A stretch of 62,725 nucleotides of DNA, filler included, from Globobulimina sp. (lineage: Eukaryota), in NCBI GenBank assembly GCA_003354225.1. It is 30 parts of 30 records of this genome, joined end to end, with 100 filler letters (N's around TTAATTAATTAA, not from the genome) between each part and the next. Parts side by side here need not be neighbours in the genome. Positions count along the whole stretch, not along the records: positions 46,082 to 48,074 come from PIVH01009922.1; positions 48,175 to 50,167 come from PIVH01009923.1; positions 50,268 to 52,260 come from PIVH01009924.1; positions 52,361 to 54,353 come from PIVH01009925.1; positions 54,454 to 56,446 come from PIVH01009926.1; positions 56,547 to 58,539 come from PIVH01009927.1; positions 58,640 to 60,632 come from PIVH01009928.1; 23 more parts are not named here. The stretch is one strand, 5' to 3'. Every line of letters begins with the position of its first letter. Positions within the stretch are counted from its first letter, which is position 1. The position numbers and the translations under genes are program-made. Below, one piece after another: positions 47,444 through 60,732 of this stretch. The notes beneath the pieces were generated by a model. The model ran no database searches and was not told where the DNA came from. It saw only the letters and a list, made by a program, of their open reading frames with translations.

Positions 47444-47667
47444 ACTCAACTATAACACATGACATTGCAGCTGACGATATCACTTTATTTTTTTTGATTG
47501 ACTGCAAATTTATTTTTTATTATTCTTGATATTTTATAATGTTAGAATAATTGTTAAGACACATGGCCGGTTATTTAAATTAAAGGCTTATTATATTAAA
47601 GTATCGCAAAGTGTTATAAATGTATATTTGAAATCTTGTTTCACATTTAAAGCAGTGGTTAATCCTC

Positions 47668-47970
47668 ATGGCGTGGGTTGAAAAGACATCATGTCCAATA
47701 CAATTGTCTTCAAATTGTTGTTGGTTAAACAGTCAAGAATTCATTACTTGCCCTAAATATGAAGAACGCGATGCAGAGAAAAATGGTATCTGGAGCTATC
47801 ACACGGTACGCAATGCGTGGACTTTGCATTACAAGTATCCAGATGACTGCGTTGCAATTACACCAACATCACATCCATTATTATTCGATAAAGCAGCGCA
47901 ACAAATATATGTGTACGGACTTGATCCATTGAACAAATCAAACACAATAAATGTCGCCACCAAACAATAA
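47668..47970 (+). CDS. Kelch/beta-propeller-like fragment
   Basis: 'GIWSYHTVRNAWT..KYP', 'IYVYG'; short and probably truncated. Confidence 0.5.
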   Translation: MAWVEKTSCPIQLSSNCCWLNSQEFITCPKYEERDAEKNGIWSYHTVRNAWTLHYKYPDDCVAITPTSHPLLFDKAAQQIYVYGLDPLNKSNTINVATKQ

Positions 47971-48174
47971 TATATATTCTTGATTATTAAATCTAACCAA
48001 TGTATGTCCGAAATTAGCCAATTGTTTAGGTAGCGACAGATGTAACTGTTTCCATGTTATTTTCTTTTTATTCGNNNNNNNNNNNNNNNNNNNNNNNNNN
48101 NNNNNNNNNNNNNNNNNNTTAATTAATTAANNNNNNNNNNNNNNNNNNNNNNNNNNNNNNNNNNNNNNNNNNNN

Positions 48175-48391
48175 AATGCCAAAGACGTATCAATCAATTC
48201 ATGTGTCGTATCAATTGTATTGTAAACAAATTGATTTTAAATATGTATTTCCAGAAAATATTATGAGCACTAAATCTGATTCAAAATATGGATTTAATAA
48301 TCTCGGAAATGCACAGCTATTCAACGCATCGCAATTGAATGCACTCAATACATTTGAATGGACAATTGTAATAAAATGTTATTGCAATTGA
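48175..48391 (+). CDS. C-terminal fragment of a hypothetical protein
   Basis: Frame open from the contig start to a stop. Confidence 0.4.
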
Positions 48392-48611
48392 TTTAATATT
48401 TTATATTTTTTGAATCTATTTTATAAAAGTACTGTATTTGTAATGTGTATTTTGATTTTTGTAGTGTTTTGGATATGATTTATATAAGTTCATACCCAAC
48501 GCTATGTATTTTGAGTGTTTCTAATATGTATTTTAGTTTCGACCCGACTAGAATATTATTAATTTTATGCACAAATCACAAACAACAAAAAAGAAAGAAT
48601 CATTTTATTTT

Positions 48612-50140
48612 TCATCTTCCCCCATACGACATTGCATCATCATTTTCAACAAACTCCTCATTTGTCAATAATTTTGTAATAACAACTTCATCGTAGGACA
48701 TTGCATCATCATTTTCTAGAATAGATTCATCATCATCATGAATAACAATATTTTGCTGTGTGTACGACGCAGCTAATCTATTATGCGTATATGTATTATG
48801 AGTGTTATCCGTTTCAGTCCCCACAGTTTGTAGACTTTGCAATTTCTTAATATGTGTAGTGAAGTTATATTGCGCTAAATTCGCATTATCCGATGCTGTG
48901 TAATGATGACCATCGGTATTGCCGCCGGTTGCTTGTCTTTCACGATAGATTTCGTCATCAGATCTCCATCGTAACTCAACCTCAGACACAAACGTAGATT
49001 TCTTTTTCTTTGGCTTAACCCCTTGCGGTGAAATGGATGATCCGTACGCACGGATTTTATTACTGTCACCATGCACCATTTCCGTCGGATATTCTATACC
49101 GTCGACAGTTGATTGCGATGTAAGTGTTCCATTTGTGTCCTTTGAGCATCGAATCACTTCTTTTTCGAATTCCTGGTGTGAGGTAACAAAAGATTTACAA
49201 CATAGCCTTTCAACGGTATAATAATATATTTTTTTATTCCATTGACGATTTCTGCCAATCAGTAAATACATCGTCAATGCATTGATCATGTTGTCGGTGG
49301 ATGGTAGATACCAAAAAGTGGCAGGATATATTGACCAGATACTTACCATCAACTGCGAAAATAATAAATTTATCATCGTCAAGATAACATTATAAATTAA
49401 AACCGTTTTATACTGTTTCCTGGTTTGTCTGTTATCAAATTAATTATAAAACGTTTTTTTAAAAACTACAGAAACAAGAAACGGAACTTGGAATTGGAAA
49501 ACACATTGTTTGGCATTGCTGATATTAAACACATTGGTTTAAAAAATAAAAATGCGATTGTTATATTTATAGAAAGCGCAATCACTGTACTTGTTATATG
49601 GATTATATCTGCGTCATTATTGTTGTTATCGTGAACACATTCGTACTGAGACTGCGTTGTCTGTACACATTGGAAAATATTGTAATGATTTACAGTGTCA
49701 GTAATACTGACAGAAATAATTGCGATTACAACTATGCTATATAGAAATAAAACGGTTAATGGAAATATTCGGTCAAACCATTTATTTTGTAAAATTGGTT
49801 TCATTTCCTGTGATAACTTAGCTCTGTGGATAAAAAACAATAGATTTAAGCAACGTATTGTTACAAACAATAATCCGCCGATAATGTATACGTTGTTACA
49901 GATTGAGCAATTTCGCCATACGGAATGTATTGATAATTGGAATAATAATGCTAAGATATTGCATATAAAACAGGCCATGATTAATGATATGGTTATTTGT
50001 GTTCGTTTTCTGTCAATTGACTTTTGCTCCATCCGTGATTTCCAATCATATTTGTAACACACAATTTGAGCAATTGATATAATAAATACAACGATTAATG
50101 CAATGGATGCGAGTGTTGTATCTCCCATAAACGATGACAT
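48612..50140 (-). CDS. 7-TM GPCR-like protein; intron 49413-49487
   Basis: Seven hydrophobic segments, 'LFFIHRA', 'LFFKPM', 'DNMINALTMYL'; splice gives 'SNSN|IKTVLIYNVIL'. Confidence 0.75.
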
Positions 50141-50267
50141 TGTCAACAAGTCAGTGTAGAGCTAAAANNNNNNNNNNNNNNNNNNNNNNNNNNNNNNNNN
50201 NNNNNNNNNNNTTAATTAATTAANNNNNNNNNNNNNNNNNNNNNNNNNNNNNNNNNNNNNNNNNNNN

Positions 50268-52260
50268 GCAGTATATTCAGCATTTGGATATGACCATAAT
50301 AATATTTTACTATCCACATATATCCGCACACGTTGCTCCACCAACATTGGTCTATGTACATCCAAAGTTTCTTCATCGTATTCACCAACAATAAATAGTG
50401 CGATGTAAAACAAAATAACAATTCCCACAGTAATTAAACAAAACAGATAATAATATGTTGTGTTGCTATCCATCGATGTGGTCACATAAATAATGGCAGA
50501 AACTGAGCCAAACCATAAAATCATTGACAATATTTGCCGTATTTTCCGTGGCATAAAATTCTTAAATAAGAAAGCAAATATTTCTAAGAAACCAGCAGCT
50601 GGCAAAAATAAACCAAATGCTAATGCAGATATAGCGAACTTATACGTTTTCCACATAAATATAAAATTAAACAAATCTATAATATGTCTCCATATTTCCC
50701 TCACTTCCTCTTTACCGACGTTGACAGCATAGTGCAAATTTAATTTTTTACCATTCATTCTTTGATAATTTATTAATTTTGAGACATACTCAAAGAATCG
50801 GACCAAAGTAATTATAATTAGCAACGATAAAAATGTACATAACAATAATAACTTAATGTCACTCCATAATTCTCGCAATTGAAAATCTAAAATCTGTCGA
50901 AAACCAAACCGGGTTACAATGAGCACATTGTTTGGATTTCCGCGTTTCATTCTTTTCCTTAATTTGCTCAAATTATATGTTGCCACAACTAATGGAATAA
51001 TACGATACAATGTCAATAATAATAGAAGCACAACAATGGCGACCATTGGCCATATTTTATGATAATCCAATACAAAATATAAAATTAAACCAATTGCAAT
51101 GATTAAAAACGGTAAAATTATGGCAATATCAACTAAGCCTTTCCTTAATGAATCATGAATTATTTTATAATTTAAACTCAATGACTTTTTAAATATGGCA
51201 CATGACAAATGTTTTGATTTTGCATTTGCGGCATATTCCATTTGATTATGCGTGTTATGAATCATACAATGTAACAAAAACATTTGTTTCTGAAAATAAT
51301 CAATTTTGACTTGTAATTGTTCGCTAAAAATAGCATAATAATGCCAGCTTAATTTCTCTTTCATAGCTAATATATCAGTCGTTGATTGCATTATTTTCAA
51401 ATATAATAAAATATTTTGAAGATCTAAAAAATCAAAAATGAATGCTTTGGTCACAGGTATTGGCGATATTGCACTTAATTTGGCATCAATGCCCTTAGCA
51501 ATGGTATCGTACGTCGTCAATTTCATACAGATTTTATCTTCGGTGATATAGTGTTGCTGATATTCAATCCAATCCCTCTCGATATTGTTTGCCCATTTTG
51601 CAAAAATCGAGGCACGATTATTATTTATACGGTAGGCACCACCAAAATGATAAGGCACAGAATTGTTTCTCAACACATTTGATTCTGTTTTAACTATGTC
51701 ATTCAACATCGGCTCAAATAATTTCAACCATAACTTATTCCAAATTATAATTAAATATTCCAAGCGACTTATTGCTTTCTCATTTTCTCGCGCATTATAT
51801 TCATATTTTGTTTTTAATAATTTCTTGACACATTTTATAAATCTCCATGGAATCAGTAATAACAATAAAAATAAGATCAAATGAATGATATCATTGCAAA
51901 ATTTCATAAATTGCATACCTACGATAATATAAAATGAGTCAATTAATCCCATAAACTCTGTACCGCGAATTTCATTTATTTTGTTTTGATCCAGGTTTGC
52001 AAAACAAGTGTTTGCTAATTCACATTTACCATTTCCTGATTGAGCACAGCGTATAAAATCTGACATTTTTAGCAATAAAATAAATAAAATTCCTCTGCTT
52101 TAATGTTCGATTTGCATTAAAAATTCAATGTTTGCTGATAACTTTTGTGTGTTGTATAAAACCGTACTCCTTTCAATTAGCGGTGTTTGCAGTTCAAGTG
52201 TGGTTTGAATGCGTTGTGTATTGTTATTTGAAATATGGCTGTAATACATGCCATGCTCAT
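50268..52260 (-). CDS. Large multi-pass membrane protein (partial; probable intron at about 52096-52166)
   Basis: More than 600 aa open frame with repeated TM-hairpin plus 'PWR/LYR/LVR' units. Confidence 0.65.
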
Positions 52261-52360
52261 NNNNNNNNNNNNNNNNNNNNNNNNNNNNNNNNNNNNNNNN
52301 NNNNTTAATTAATTAANNNNNNNNNNNNNNNNNNNNNNNNNNNNNNNNNNNNNNNNNNNN

Positions 52361-53468
52361 CATTCATAATAAACGCAGTGTACTCCTCACCCATTTTATT
52401 ATATCCTTCAATTAGCTTTTTCCTCTCTTTATGTTTATAATTAAAATCAAATCGACTTTGCAGCAAAAATATTTTAATATCTTTGTCAATAAAATTCATC
52501 AAATATTGCAGAAACAAACAATAATATTTTTTACCATCAACACAGTCTTTGTCACCAGCAAAACATACATCATTTTGACTGTAATATTGCACACATTTTT
52601 CATTCAAACTCTCCTCAATATCCATTTTTTCATACAGCCACAACAAATTCTTGTCAGTGTTTCTATGCACAAGTCGAAAATAGCCCGATTCGATAAGTAG
52701 CATAAACTTAAAATTCTCATTTTTCCGTTGTAGATTTTTAATGTATCCGTTCCAAATATAATTAGCATGGTATAAGAGGGCAAGACCTCCAGCACCGCCA
52801 CCACCAAATATAACATCACTCGCTTGCTTCAATTGCAACGCAAATCCATTGTCATCAACAAACAAATATTTCAGCAGATTTTGCAGGATCTGGTAGCCTT
52901 GAAAATATATTCTGTTCCCATCAAATACATCTATCAATTTTCTGTTTGCTAAATATGTCATACCGTCGCAATAACGAACAAAAATTGTATTAAAATCGTA
53001 CGACAACTTATTTATATGCTTATTTGTGGATAAATACTCAGAGTTGAACCATGCATATTTTTTATATGACAGAGAGGAACCTAATCTGTGTTGTGTTCGT
53101 TTGGAACATGTTTTATAATCAAAACAAAAGGCACCGCCTTCAAAATATATTTGCCATTTATTTGTGTGCGGAGCTGGTCGATAATAAAACGCTGCTTCGC
53201 TGCCATCCAAACAAAATCCAAAATTATTATACGGCGGAATATGATATAATTCTGCAATGGGCGAACCATCTTTGATTGTTTGCTGATATGCTTCTTTTGT
53301 GTCGAACATTCGAATCACTATATTTGTGCACGAGCCATCTGGATTGTTGATTTGCGGCTTGTTTTGAATGAGTAAAACAATCAATATACAAAGCCCAAGA
53401 AATGGAACTGCCCAAAGCCACCCACTTACTTTAGAGCAACGTCGTTTTCTAGTTCGTATGTAAGGCAT
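52361..53468 (-). CDS. Pectin acetylesterase/Notum-family protein, type-II anchor, nucleophile Ser replaced by Gly (3' partial)
   Basis: 'CLDGSEAAFYYR', 'WQIYFEGGAFC', 'LGSS', 'FVRYCDG', 'GGGAGG', 'LLQSRFD'. Confidence 0.88.
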
Positions 53469-54000
53469 GCTGTGTTATCAAAAAAAAAAACTTCACCAAA
53501 ATTTACTAAAAATACACAAAAAATTATACATCCTGGTAGGAAAGTCATGTGTGGGGTACCTGGAGTCCCTATTTCTATTGCAATAATGGCAAATATGGAA
53601 AAGGTTTTAAATTAAAAGTGGAAGGGAATGAAGGTAAATGGAAGTTGGCAATTGTGCATATGTAAATAATTTTAGTAATTGTTACACTGTTTTAATTACA
53701 TTACACAATCATTTGTCCCATAAATTATTTTGTTTAACTGATTTGCATATAATGACTGGTTGACTGCAGGACAAAATAGCTGCATAGGTTTTTTATCACT
53801 GATCGGGTCACCACCTTTCTTTTGACACTCCACAGTCGTTTACAAACTGCGCAATAAATCTCAATTTGAAAGTCGATCTTTCAAATTCACCGTACTGTTT
53901 GTCCACTGAAGTTATTGGAGACACAACTATTGAGCTAATTTATTGTGGTAAGCAATCAACTCCAAAGAAGTCCGATCACCACAAAGGTCCTAGGTTGACC

Positions 54001-54353
54001 ATGTCGTCACTCTCAATTATTGACAATATTTTGCAAGTATTTCAAAGTGATCCTGGAACATGTAGTAACGTGAAATTTGTGCCAGGGCCAAAACAATGTA
54101 GAAATGAAACATATTATTATCAACATATATGCGCAACAAATGGTAATTTTGAAGACAAATCAGCAGAGGAAATGAGATGTGAATATTTGTATAATGGCAA
54201 TTCAGAGGAAATATTGTGGAATGAATGGTGTTCTATTTTTACGCGCCCAATTAAACCATTCATTTTTAAACATTGCAGTGTCAACATCCATTATAAAACA
54301 TCCATTGTTGGTATACAATTTATCTCCAAATTGGGATTTTATATTAAAAGACA
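54001..54353 (+). CDS. Hypothetical protein with a GLEBS-like motif (partial)
   Basis: 'YQHICAT..FEDKSAEEMRCEY' resembles the Nup98 GLEBS consensus. Confidence 0.4.
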
Positions 54354-54453
54354 NNNNNNNNNNNNNNNNNNNNNNNNNNNNNNNNNNNNNNNNNNNNTTA
54401 ATTAATTAANNNNNNNNNNNNNNNNNNNNNNNNNNNNNNNNNNNNNNNNNNNN

Positions 54454-54526
54454 ATATGTGGTTTTTGGATTGAAATAGTCACTAAATCAGGACTAATTAA
54501 CTTGTGTAGGCTCGATTGGCCAGCCT
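54454..54526. repeat. Second copy of the putative transposon end seen at 23051-23183
   Basis: 27-bp identical block plus GATTGGCCAGCCT. Confidence 0.7.
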
Positions 54527-54608
54527 GATGATAGGAACATACCTGAGAATCACATTGAATTTCATTGAATTCTCTTTAATTTTATAATCTAACCTTCTAT
54601 TACCATGT

Positions 54609-54680
54609 CATACAAATCCATGAATATGAATGGAATGTATACAAATCCATGAATATGAATGGAATGTATACAAATCCATG
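54609..54680. repeat. 29-bp tandem repeat, about 2.5 copies
   Basis: ATACAAATCCATGAATATGAATGGAATGT repeated. Confidence 0.9.
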
Positions 54681-54964
54681 TTTGGAACAGCAACAGAATG
54701 AAAATACACTCGGAACAGCAACAGAAAAAAAAAAGATAATATACTTGAACCATAATCATTTTGGTACCATCCGAGGGTACCACTAAATGATCAAAATTGG
54801 TGTCTATACTGCGCTGATTTGCGGCAACATTATCACAGACTTATATCACTTTGTGCTTCTCATTCTTCTCATCGTAGCTGCTGCAAATAATTTACAACGC
54901 ATCGCTAGGTACAACATACATGAGCACCTATCTGAAAACCGCTAACTAAGTGAACTAAGTGAAG

Positions 54965-56446
54965 ATGCAAGCTGTTGAAGAAACCTCCTTACAACAACTA
55001 ATCATCACAACACAGTTAATCACGCCAACTGTGTCGCGCTCATCTTCCAAATCCCACTATCAACACAATTCTAACCATGAACCTGAAAGTTTGAACATTG
55101 AGTTTTCTCAATCAGAAATTGCCAAACTCTCTCGTGTAGAAAACAAATTGAATCCCTATTCCAAAGGCATTCTAAAAAAATGGAATGCACAGCAAATGTT
55201 GGCGAAAAAGAGGAACAAATTATCATTGATTACATTCAGTGTCATGGTATTTATGATAACCTGCGGTGGGCCGTTTGGCATTGAATCCGCCATACATTCA
55301 ATTGGAATTTTCTATACCTTCATTGGTTTAATAATAATACCATTCATATACTCAATCCCGCAGAGTTTAATGTGTTCCGAGCTCTCTTCTATGATGGCGC
55401 TAAATGGCAGTGTCACCATTTGGGTCTATCGCGCCTTTTGCGACAATAAGAAATATGGCGATTTCTTTGGTTTTATGAATGGTTTAAACTGCGTCATTGC
55501 CACCGGCACAGATTTGCCAATTTATATTGTTTTACTGTACGAATATTTAGAAACAGTGTTGGCGTTCAATTTGAACGAATATGAAGAATATTTTGTAAAA
55601 TTATCGTTTCTGATTGTTGGCGCTCTGTTTAATATTTTGAATATTCAAATTTTGGGCAAAACCTCCATCATCTTATCCATTTGTATATTGTTGCCGTTTT
55701 TAATTGGTTTTTTCTACGCGACTGTCGACGTCAAAATAAATCTGACAAAGTTATTGACGCCGATCCATGACAATGGTGATAGCTACGAATGGATGCTGGG
55801 TTTATCCACTCTAATTTGGCTGTATTCTGGCTGGGGGATTATGTGCATGCTTTGTGGCGAAATAAAGTTTACCAAAAGGAAGTTTCATTTACCATTCCTG
55901 ATTGCGATTGTTTTAGACTTTCTAGTTTATAGTCTAACTCTCATCGCAGCCATAACTGTCGATTGTGGCACTGCAGCACATCCGGATGATACTGCTGACA
56001 GTTGCTGGTCCAATGGATATTTATCCACTGTTTATAACAATTTATTACATAATTTAGGATACTTTGTGTCTGTAGCTGCGATTCTGTCCAATTTTGGGAA
56101 ATATATTATCTTATTATCGGCGCATGCACGCTCATTGTGGTGCATCTCGCAGCCATACATCATGTTGACGCCCAATGGGAAAATGGTAATGAATGTTGAC
56201 GTGGATCAAAATTGTAATGAGGAAAGCGAGGAAATGAACGAATTAGAAACTGTTGTCAGTAACATAGCCTTTGAGGATAATTATACAATCAGTTCGTTGC
56301 AAAAAATACGAATTGCAATCTTGCCGCACAATTTCATTGGAACTACGTGGAAAAAAACACAATCGCCGGTCAGAGCGGTGCTGTTAACCACGTTTATCAA
56401 TGCAATTTTAACTGCGTTTTCATTTCGCGTTTTAGTTGAAGTATCT
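54965..56446 (+). CDS. APC-family polyamine/amino-acid permease (plant PUT/RMV1-like), 3' partial
   Basis: 'CGGPFGIE', 'IPFIYSIPQSLMCSELSS', 'NG..IWVYRAF', 'WLYSGW', 'SPVRAVL'. Confidence 0.9.
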
Positions 56447-56741
56447 NNNNNNNNNNNNNNNNNNNNNNNNNNNNNNNNNNNNNNNNNNNNTTAATTAATT
56501 AANNNNNNNNNNNNNNNNNNNNNNNNNNNNNNNNNNNNNNNNNNNNTTTACCTTTATCAGTCACCAGAAACGGTTTGCTTATACCTTACCCCAATAAAAA
56601 TCTGACGCTGAAGACCGGATGCTCTTTGTCGTCTATGAGGTGAGAACCCTGATTGGCCTGTCAGATATTAAGATTTTCTTGAAGTGAGCTGAGCTAGTCA
56701 CCAAAGAAGTGAGTGTTTAGAAGTGTGAACCAAGATATGAG

Positions 56742-58539
56742 TTATGAGTGGCATGTTTGTGCATTTATGAAATTAGTAGAATCACATTGTATTTCATCGT
56801 CGCCAAAGGTCCATTTACATTCAATTGGTGGATAATAATAGTTTTGAAGATGAAAATACGCGACGGACAATAAATAATCACAATCATCTCCAGATAACAA
56901 ACGATAATTATCTTTACGAAATGTTTTTGTATTTTTAAAATTTTTATAACAAACAATATTAAATACATTTATATGTTGTTGAATATATTTTGATATAAAA
57001 CAATTAATTATAATTGGTATTATTTCATAATTCATATCATAAATATTTATATTTAGATTTATATTATTATTAAATTCAAATTCAAATTGAAATAGATTAT
57101 CATTTATTAATTGGCAAACTGTGTCAAATACGACATCCGAATACAAACCAAATTTATAAATCAACAGCTTAATAAAATAGGTATATGTCGTAATTGTGTA
57201 GCCAGACATTAAATTTTCATTTATTGAAACCTCAAATAACAACAATGCTAAATCCAAATTATTACATTTATAGCAACAATACATTAATAATGGAATACAC
57301 TCATTACTCAAACATTTAATATAATTCATATCATTCATATCATTCAACAAAAGAATATCTAAGATTTCTATGTATTTCTTACATGAAATATAGGTTTTAA
57401 TCATGCAAAATGTTGCATTATTTATTATATATTTATTATTATTATTATTGGCAACACATTGCTTCAACAAAACAAATGATTTATGATACAATTTAAAATG
57501 ATGATAAGTGTTAAATATCATTCTTAGTAAATTCTCGTCCATCTGCACTGTCGAAAATGTGTCAGATATCTCGCAAATATATGTCAATGACCTATTGAAA
57601 TCATTGTTTTTTAGACAGCATCGTAATAAGGCCCCATATGTTTGTGATGTGCGAATAGGAACAAATGATGGCGATGGCGATGGCGATGCCGTTGCAGTTA
57701 AAAAATTAATGCCTGTCTCATCATCACCACTCCAAAAATTTAACACAGAGTCAAATAATTGTTGTTTATTAAAATAATTATGCACCGTCGATAACTGAGC
57801 GCAAATATTTCTTCCCAAAATACGAAATTCTTTTTTCCCCACATTATAAGAACAAATACGTAGCATCTGACAAAACGGATGAATCTTATCCTTATCCTCA
57901 TCATTAATATTCTCGTTATTCTCATTATTATTATTATTATTGTAAATATTCCATAATATTATTGATTCTTTATACATTTTAAAGCGTCGAAATCCTCGCA
58001 ATAAATGTCCAACAATGGAGGAATTATATAAATAATTCGGTTCATTGTAAATATATTTATAAATTAACAAAAAATCTTGTTTATTTTCAATAAATCGTGA
58101 AGCAAAAAATGACAAACGATCAAATATTCGCATTAAATAATAATTGTCATTCTCGTCGTTATTATCAATGCCATCAATCACATATTGATATTTTTTAATA
58201 ATTTGAATTGATGGATTTATTAATTGTGTCCATTCGGGATTATTTTTATTATCATTGGTTAATTTATAATTTTTTGCTAAAATGCCTTTCCATTTATTCT
58301 TATTTTTATTATCATAAATTTCTGCGTTGGTTGTTAATGTTCGTAATAATAAATTGATTGAAACCAAATTCATTTTTATGTCAATACTGGTCATTGCTTC
58401 AAACTGTTTGATCGCTTCAAATGCTTTGAGCAAATTGCCGGTCACACCACATATTCGCAAATAATTATTAATAATAAATGATGGATTATTATTATTATTA
58501 TTCTTTTTATTATGCGATAGAATGTATTTTGTCAATAAA
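56742..58539 (-). CDS. PPR-like helical-repeat protein, Asn-rich (5' partial)
   Basis: 'TYGALLRCC...F.RSL', 'YCCYKCNNLDLALLLF', 'NYLRICGVTGNLLKAF'. Confidence 0.6.
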
Positions 58540-58659
58540 NNNNNNNNNNNNNNNNNNNNNNNNNNNNNNNNNNNNNNNNNNNNTTAATTAATTAANNNNN
58601 NNNNNNNNNNNNNNNNNNNNNNNNNNNNNNNNNNNNNNNGCGTCGGCAGCGGCGGGCTA

Positions 58660-60632
58660 ATGTCGCCCAAAGTCGCAGACAATATCATGCCAAAAGATGG
58701 TTTGACAGTGTTTCTCATTGCAAATGATATCAAAGACTTAAAACGTACATTGAAAGAGCACCAAATCGAATTAAAACATCTGCAATCTCTGGAAGCCAAC
58801 GACTTGAATGAATTATGCGCGGATTTAAAACTGACCTCAGCGCAAAAAATTAGATTCAAACACGCTGTCAAAGAGCTCCAAAAACAAAATGCACACAAAA
58901 CAGCTGTACCTGTGCCATTAGCTAAATTTTCGTCATATAACAATATGAATGCAAGGAACAGAGGCAGAGCGAAATCAGCCTTGCCTTCGAAGAATGGAAA
59001 CAACCGGAATGTATTTAATAAAATGTATAAATTGAACCAGCAAACTCAACCAAATCAGCATTATCATACTCAAACAGTGCCGATCCAAATGAGTCAACAG
59101 GTTTCAGTCATGGCTCCCCAAAATGTTAACAATCAGTTCGGTTTGATGCAAAGTCAAGCGATAAAATGTGGCGTTTCTCCTGACGTCGCCAATATCGCTG
59201 AAGAGACTGCACATAGTTTCCCTGGTATTACAGATGAAAAAATGCATATTCCACATGGTCATTTTAGGCCATCTAAGCCGGCGAAGCCGCCCATGCAATA
59301 TGGTCACAGTGCCGATCTGTACAATATAAATCGGCCATATGTACAATATAAAAATAATCAGTTCAATAACCACAACCATAACCATCATCATACGCAAACC
59401 ATGACAGCTACCATCACTTTTGCTGCTGTGCCAGTATGTTATTTTTGTTCATTTATGTATTTATATATTTATATGTGTAACAAAACAGCATCAGAATGAA
59501 ATGAAACAAGATCACAATCATAATCCTTATGCATTTGTACCGCCTGCTCCAGCTCCAGCTCCACGTTCGACAAATCGCAGTACAATGGCTGCAGCAAAAA
59601 AACCAAAGGTTGCAGTTGCTGTTTCCGCAAAGAAAACACATCCAAAGCAGAGGCGAAACAGTATTGGAAGCCCTGCGACTCCGCGAGGTCATAATGTGTG
59701 GCGTGAATGGAACAATCAGTGGACGACATTGGTTAAGGAATCTGGCAAGAATAATACTGAAATTTTAGCCCAATCGCTGAGTGCTTGTTATTCAATGAAG
59801 GAATGTTGCTGTATCAAACGGATTGTGTTTTTAATGCGATTTTATGCCAAGTTTCAGAATAAAGATCTGGATTTGCATGAAATTGTGCAAGCTATCAATT
59901 TGAAGCAATATTCGATTATTGATTTGTTGAATGATCACTATCATATTTTGGAGTTCCATCGGCAAAAAGACGCACATTTTGAGTTTATTTTTAAACAAAT
60001 GACAAAGATCAAACAGTGTGCGATCAAGAAATGTTCAATGATGAAACGGAATGTATTGAGTAAATATAATAACTATGTGTTATTGCACCGGGGCTTGGAT
60101 AGTATGGACGATATTATCCAGATTCAGTTATTAGATAAATTACATTGTTCATATTTTCATTGTTATGATTTATATCGGTTTTCAAAACAGGAAAATGAAA
60201 AATTGCAACGAGTTTCGGAAAATAATACGAATTCGGATATTTTACACAATGAATATTATAAAATGGCGGATATATTTATGAATGTTAAACATTCAAATTT
60301 AAAACAAATAAAAGGTACAGATTATCCTTCCTTGGATGACAAAATAACAAAATACAGCACAAAATATGATAATGCACAAAATAATCATATCTATGGATAT
60401 AAATATATTTATAATATGAGTCAATTTCAAAATGAAGCCAAAACATCAGATATTAAATTCGCAAAAGCAAAACACTTTAATTTAAAACAAGAAATATTAA
60501 ACAATGAATTGGTGAGTGTTTCAAAAAAAGATTGGGATATAACGTTACGAAAATGTGAAAGATATTATTTCCCAACAAATAACATAAAAAAATTAATCAA
60601 CGAACAAGACGTCGATGTCGAACCATTCATTT
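58660..60632 (+). CDS. SAM-domain protein with C-terminal Cys/His-rich family domain; intron 59434-59488 (3' partial)
   Basis: 'LKEHQIELKHLQSLEANDLNELCADLKL..QKIRFKHAV' SAM; 'CCCIKRI..LLNDHYHILEFH..CAIKKC..LDKLHCSYFH'. Confidence 0.8.
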
Positions 60633-60732
60633 NNNNNNNNNNNNNNNNNNNNNNNNNNNNNNNNNNNNNNNNNNNNTTAATTAATTAANNNNNNNNNNNN
60701 NNNNNNNNNNNNNNNNNNNNNNNNNNNNNNNN

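Noticed and set aside
1997..60732. Regular TTAATTAATTAA palindrome about every 2.1 kb
   Set aside because: Artificial all-frame-stop linker inside N runs; ORFs ending in X..LIN are artefacts of it
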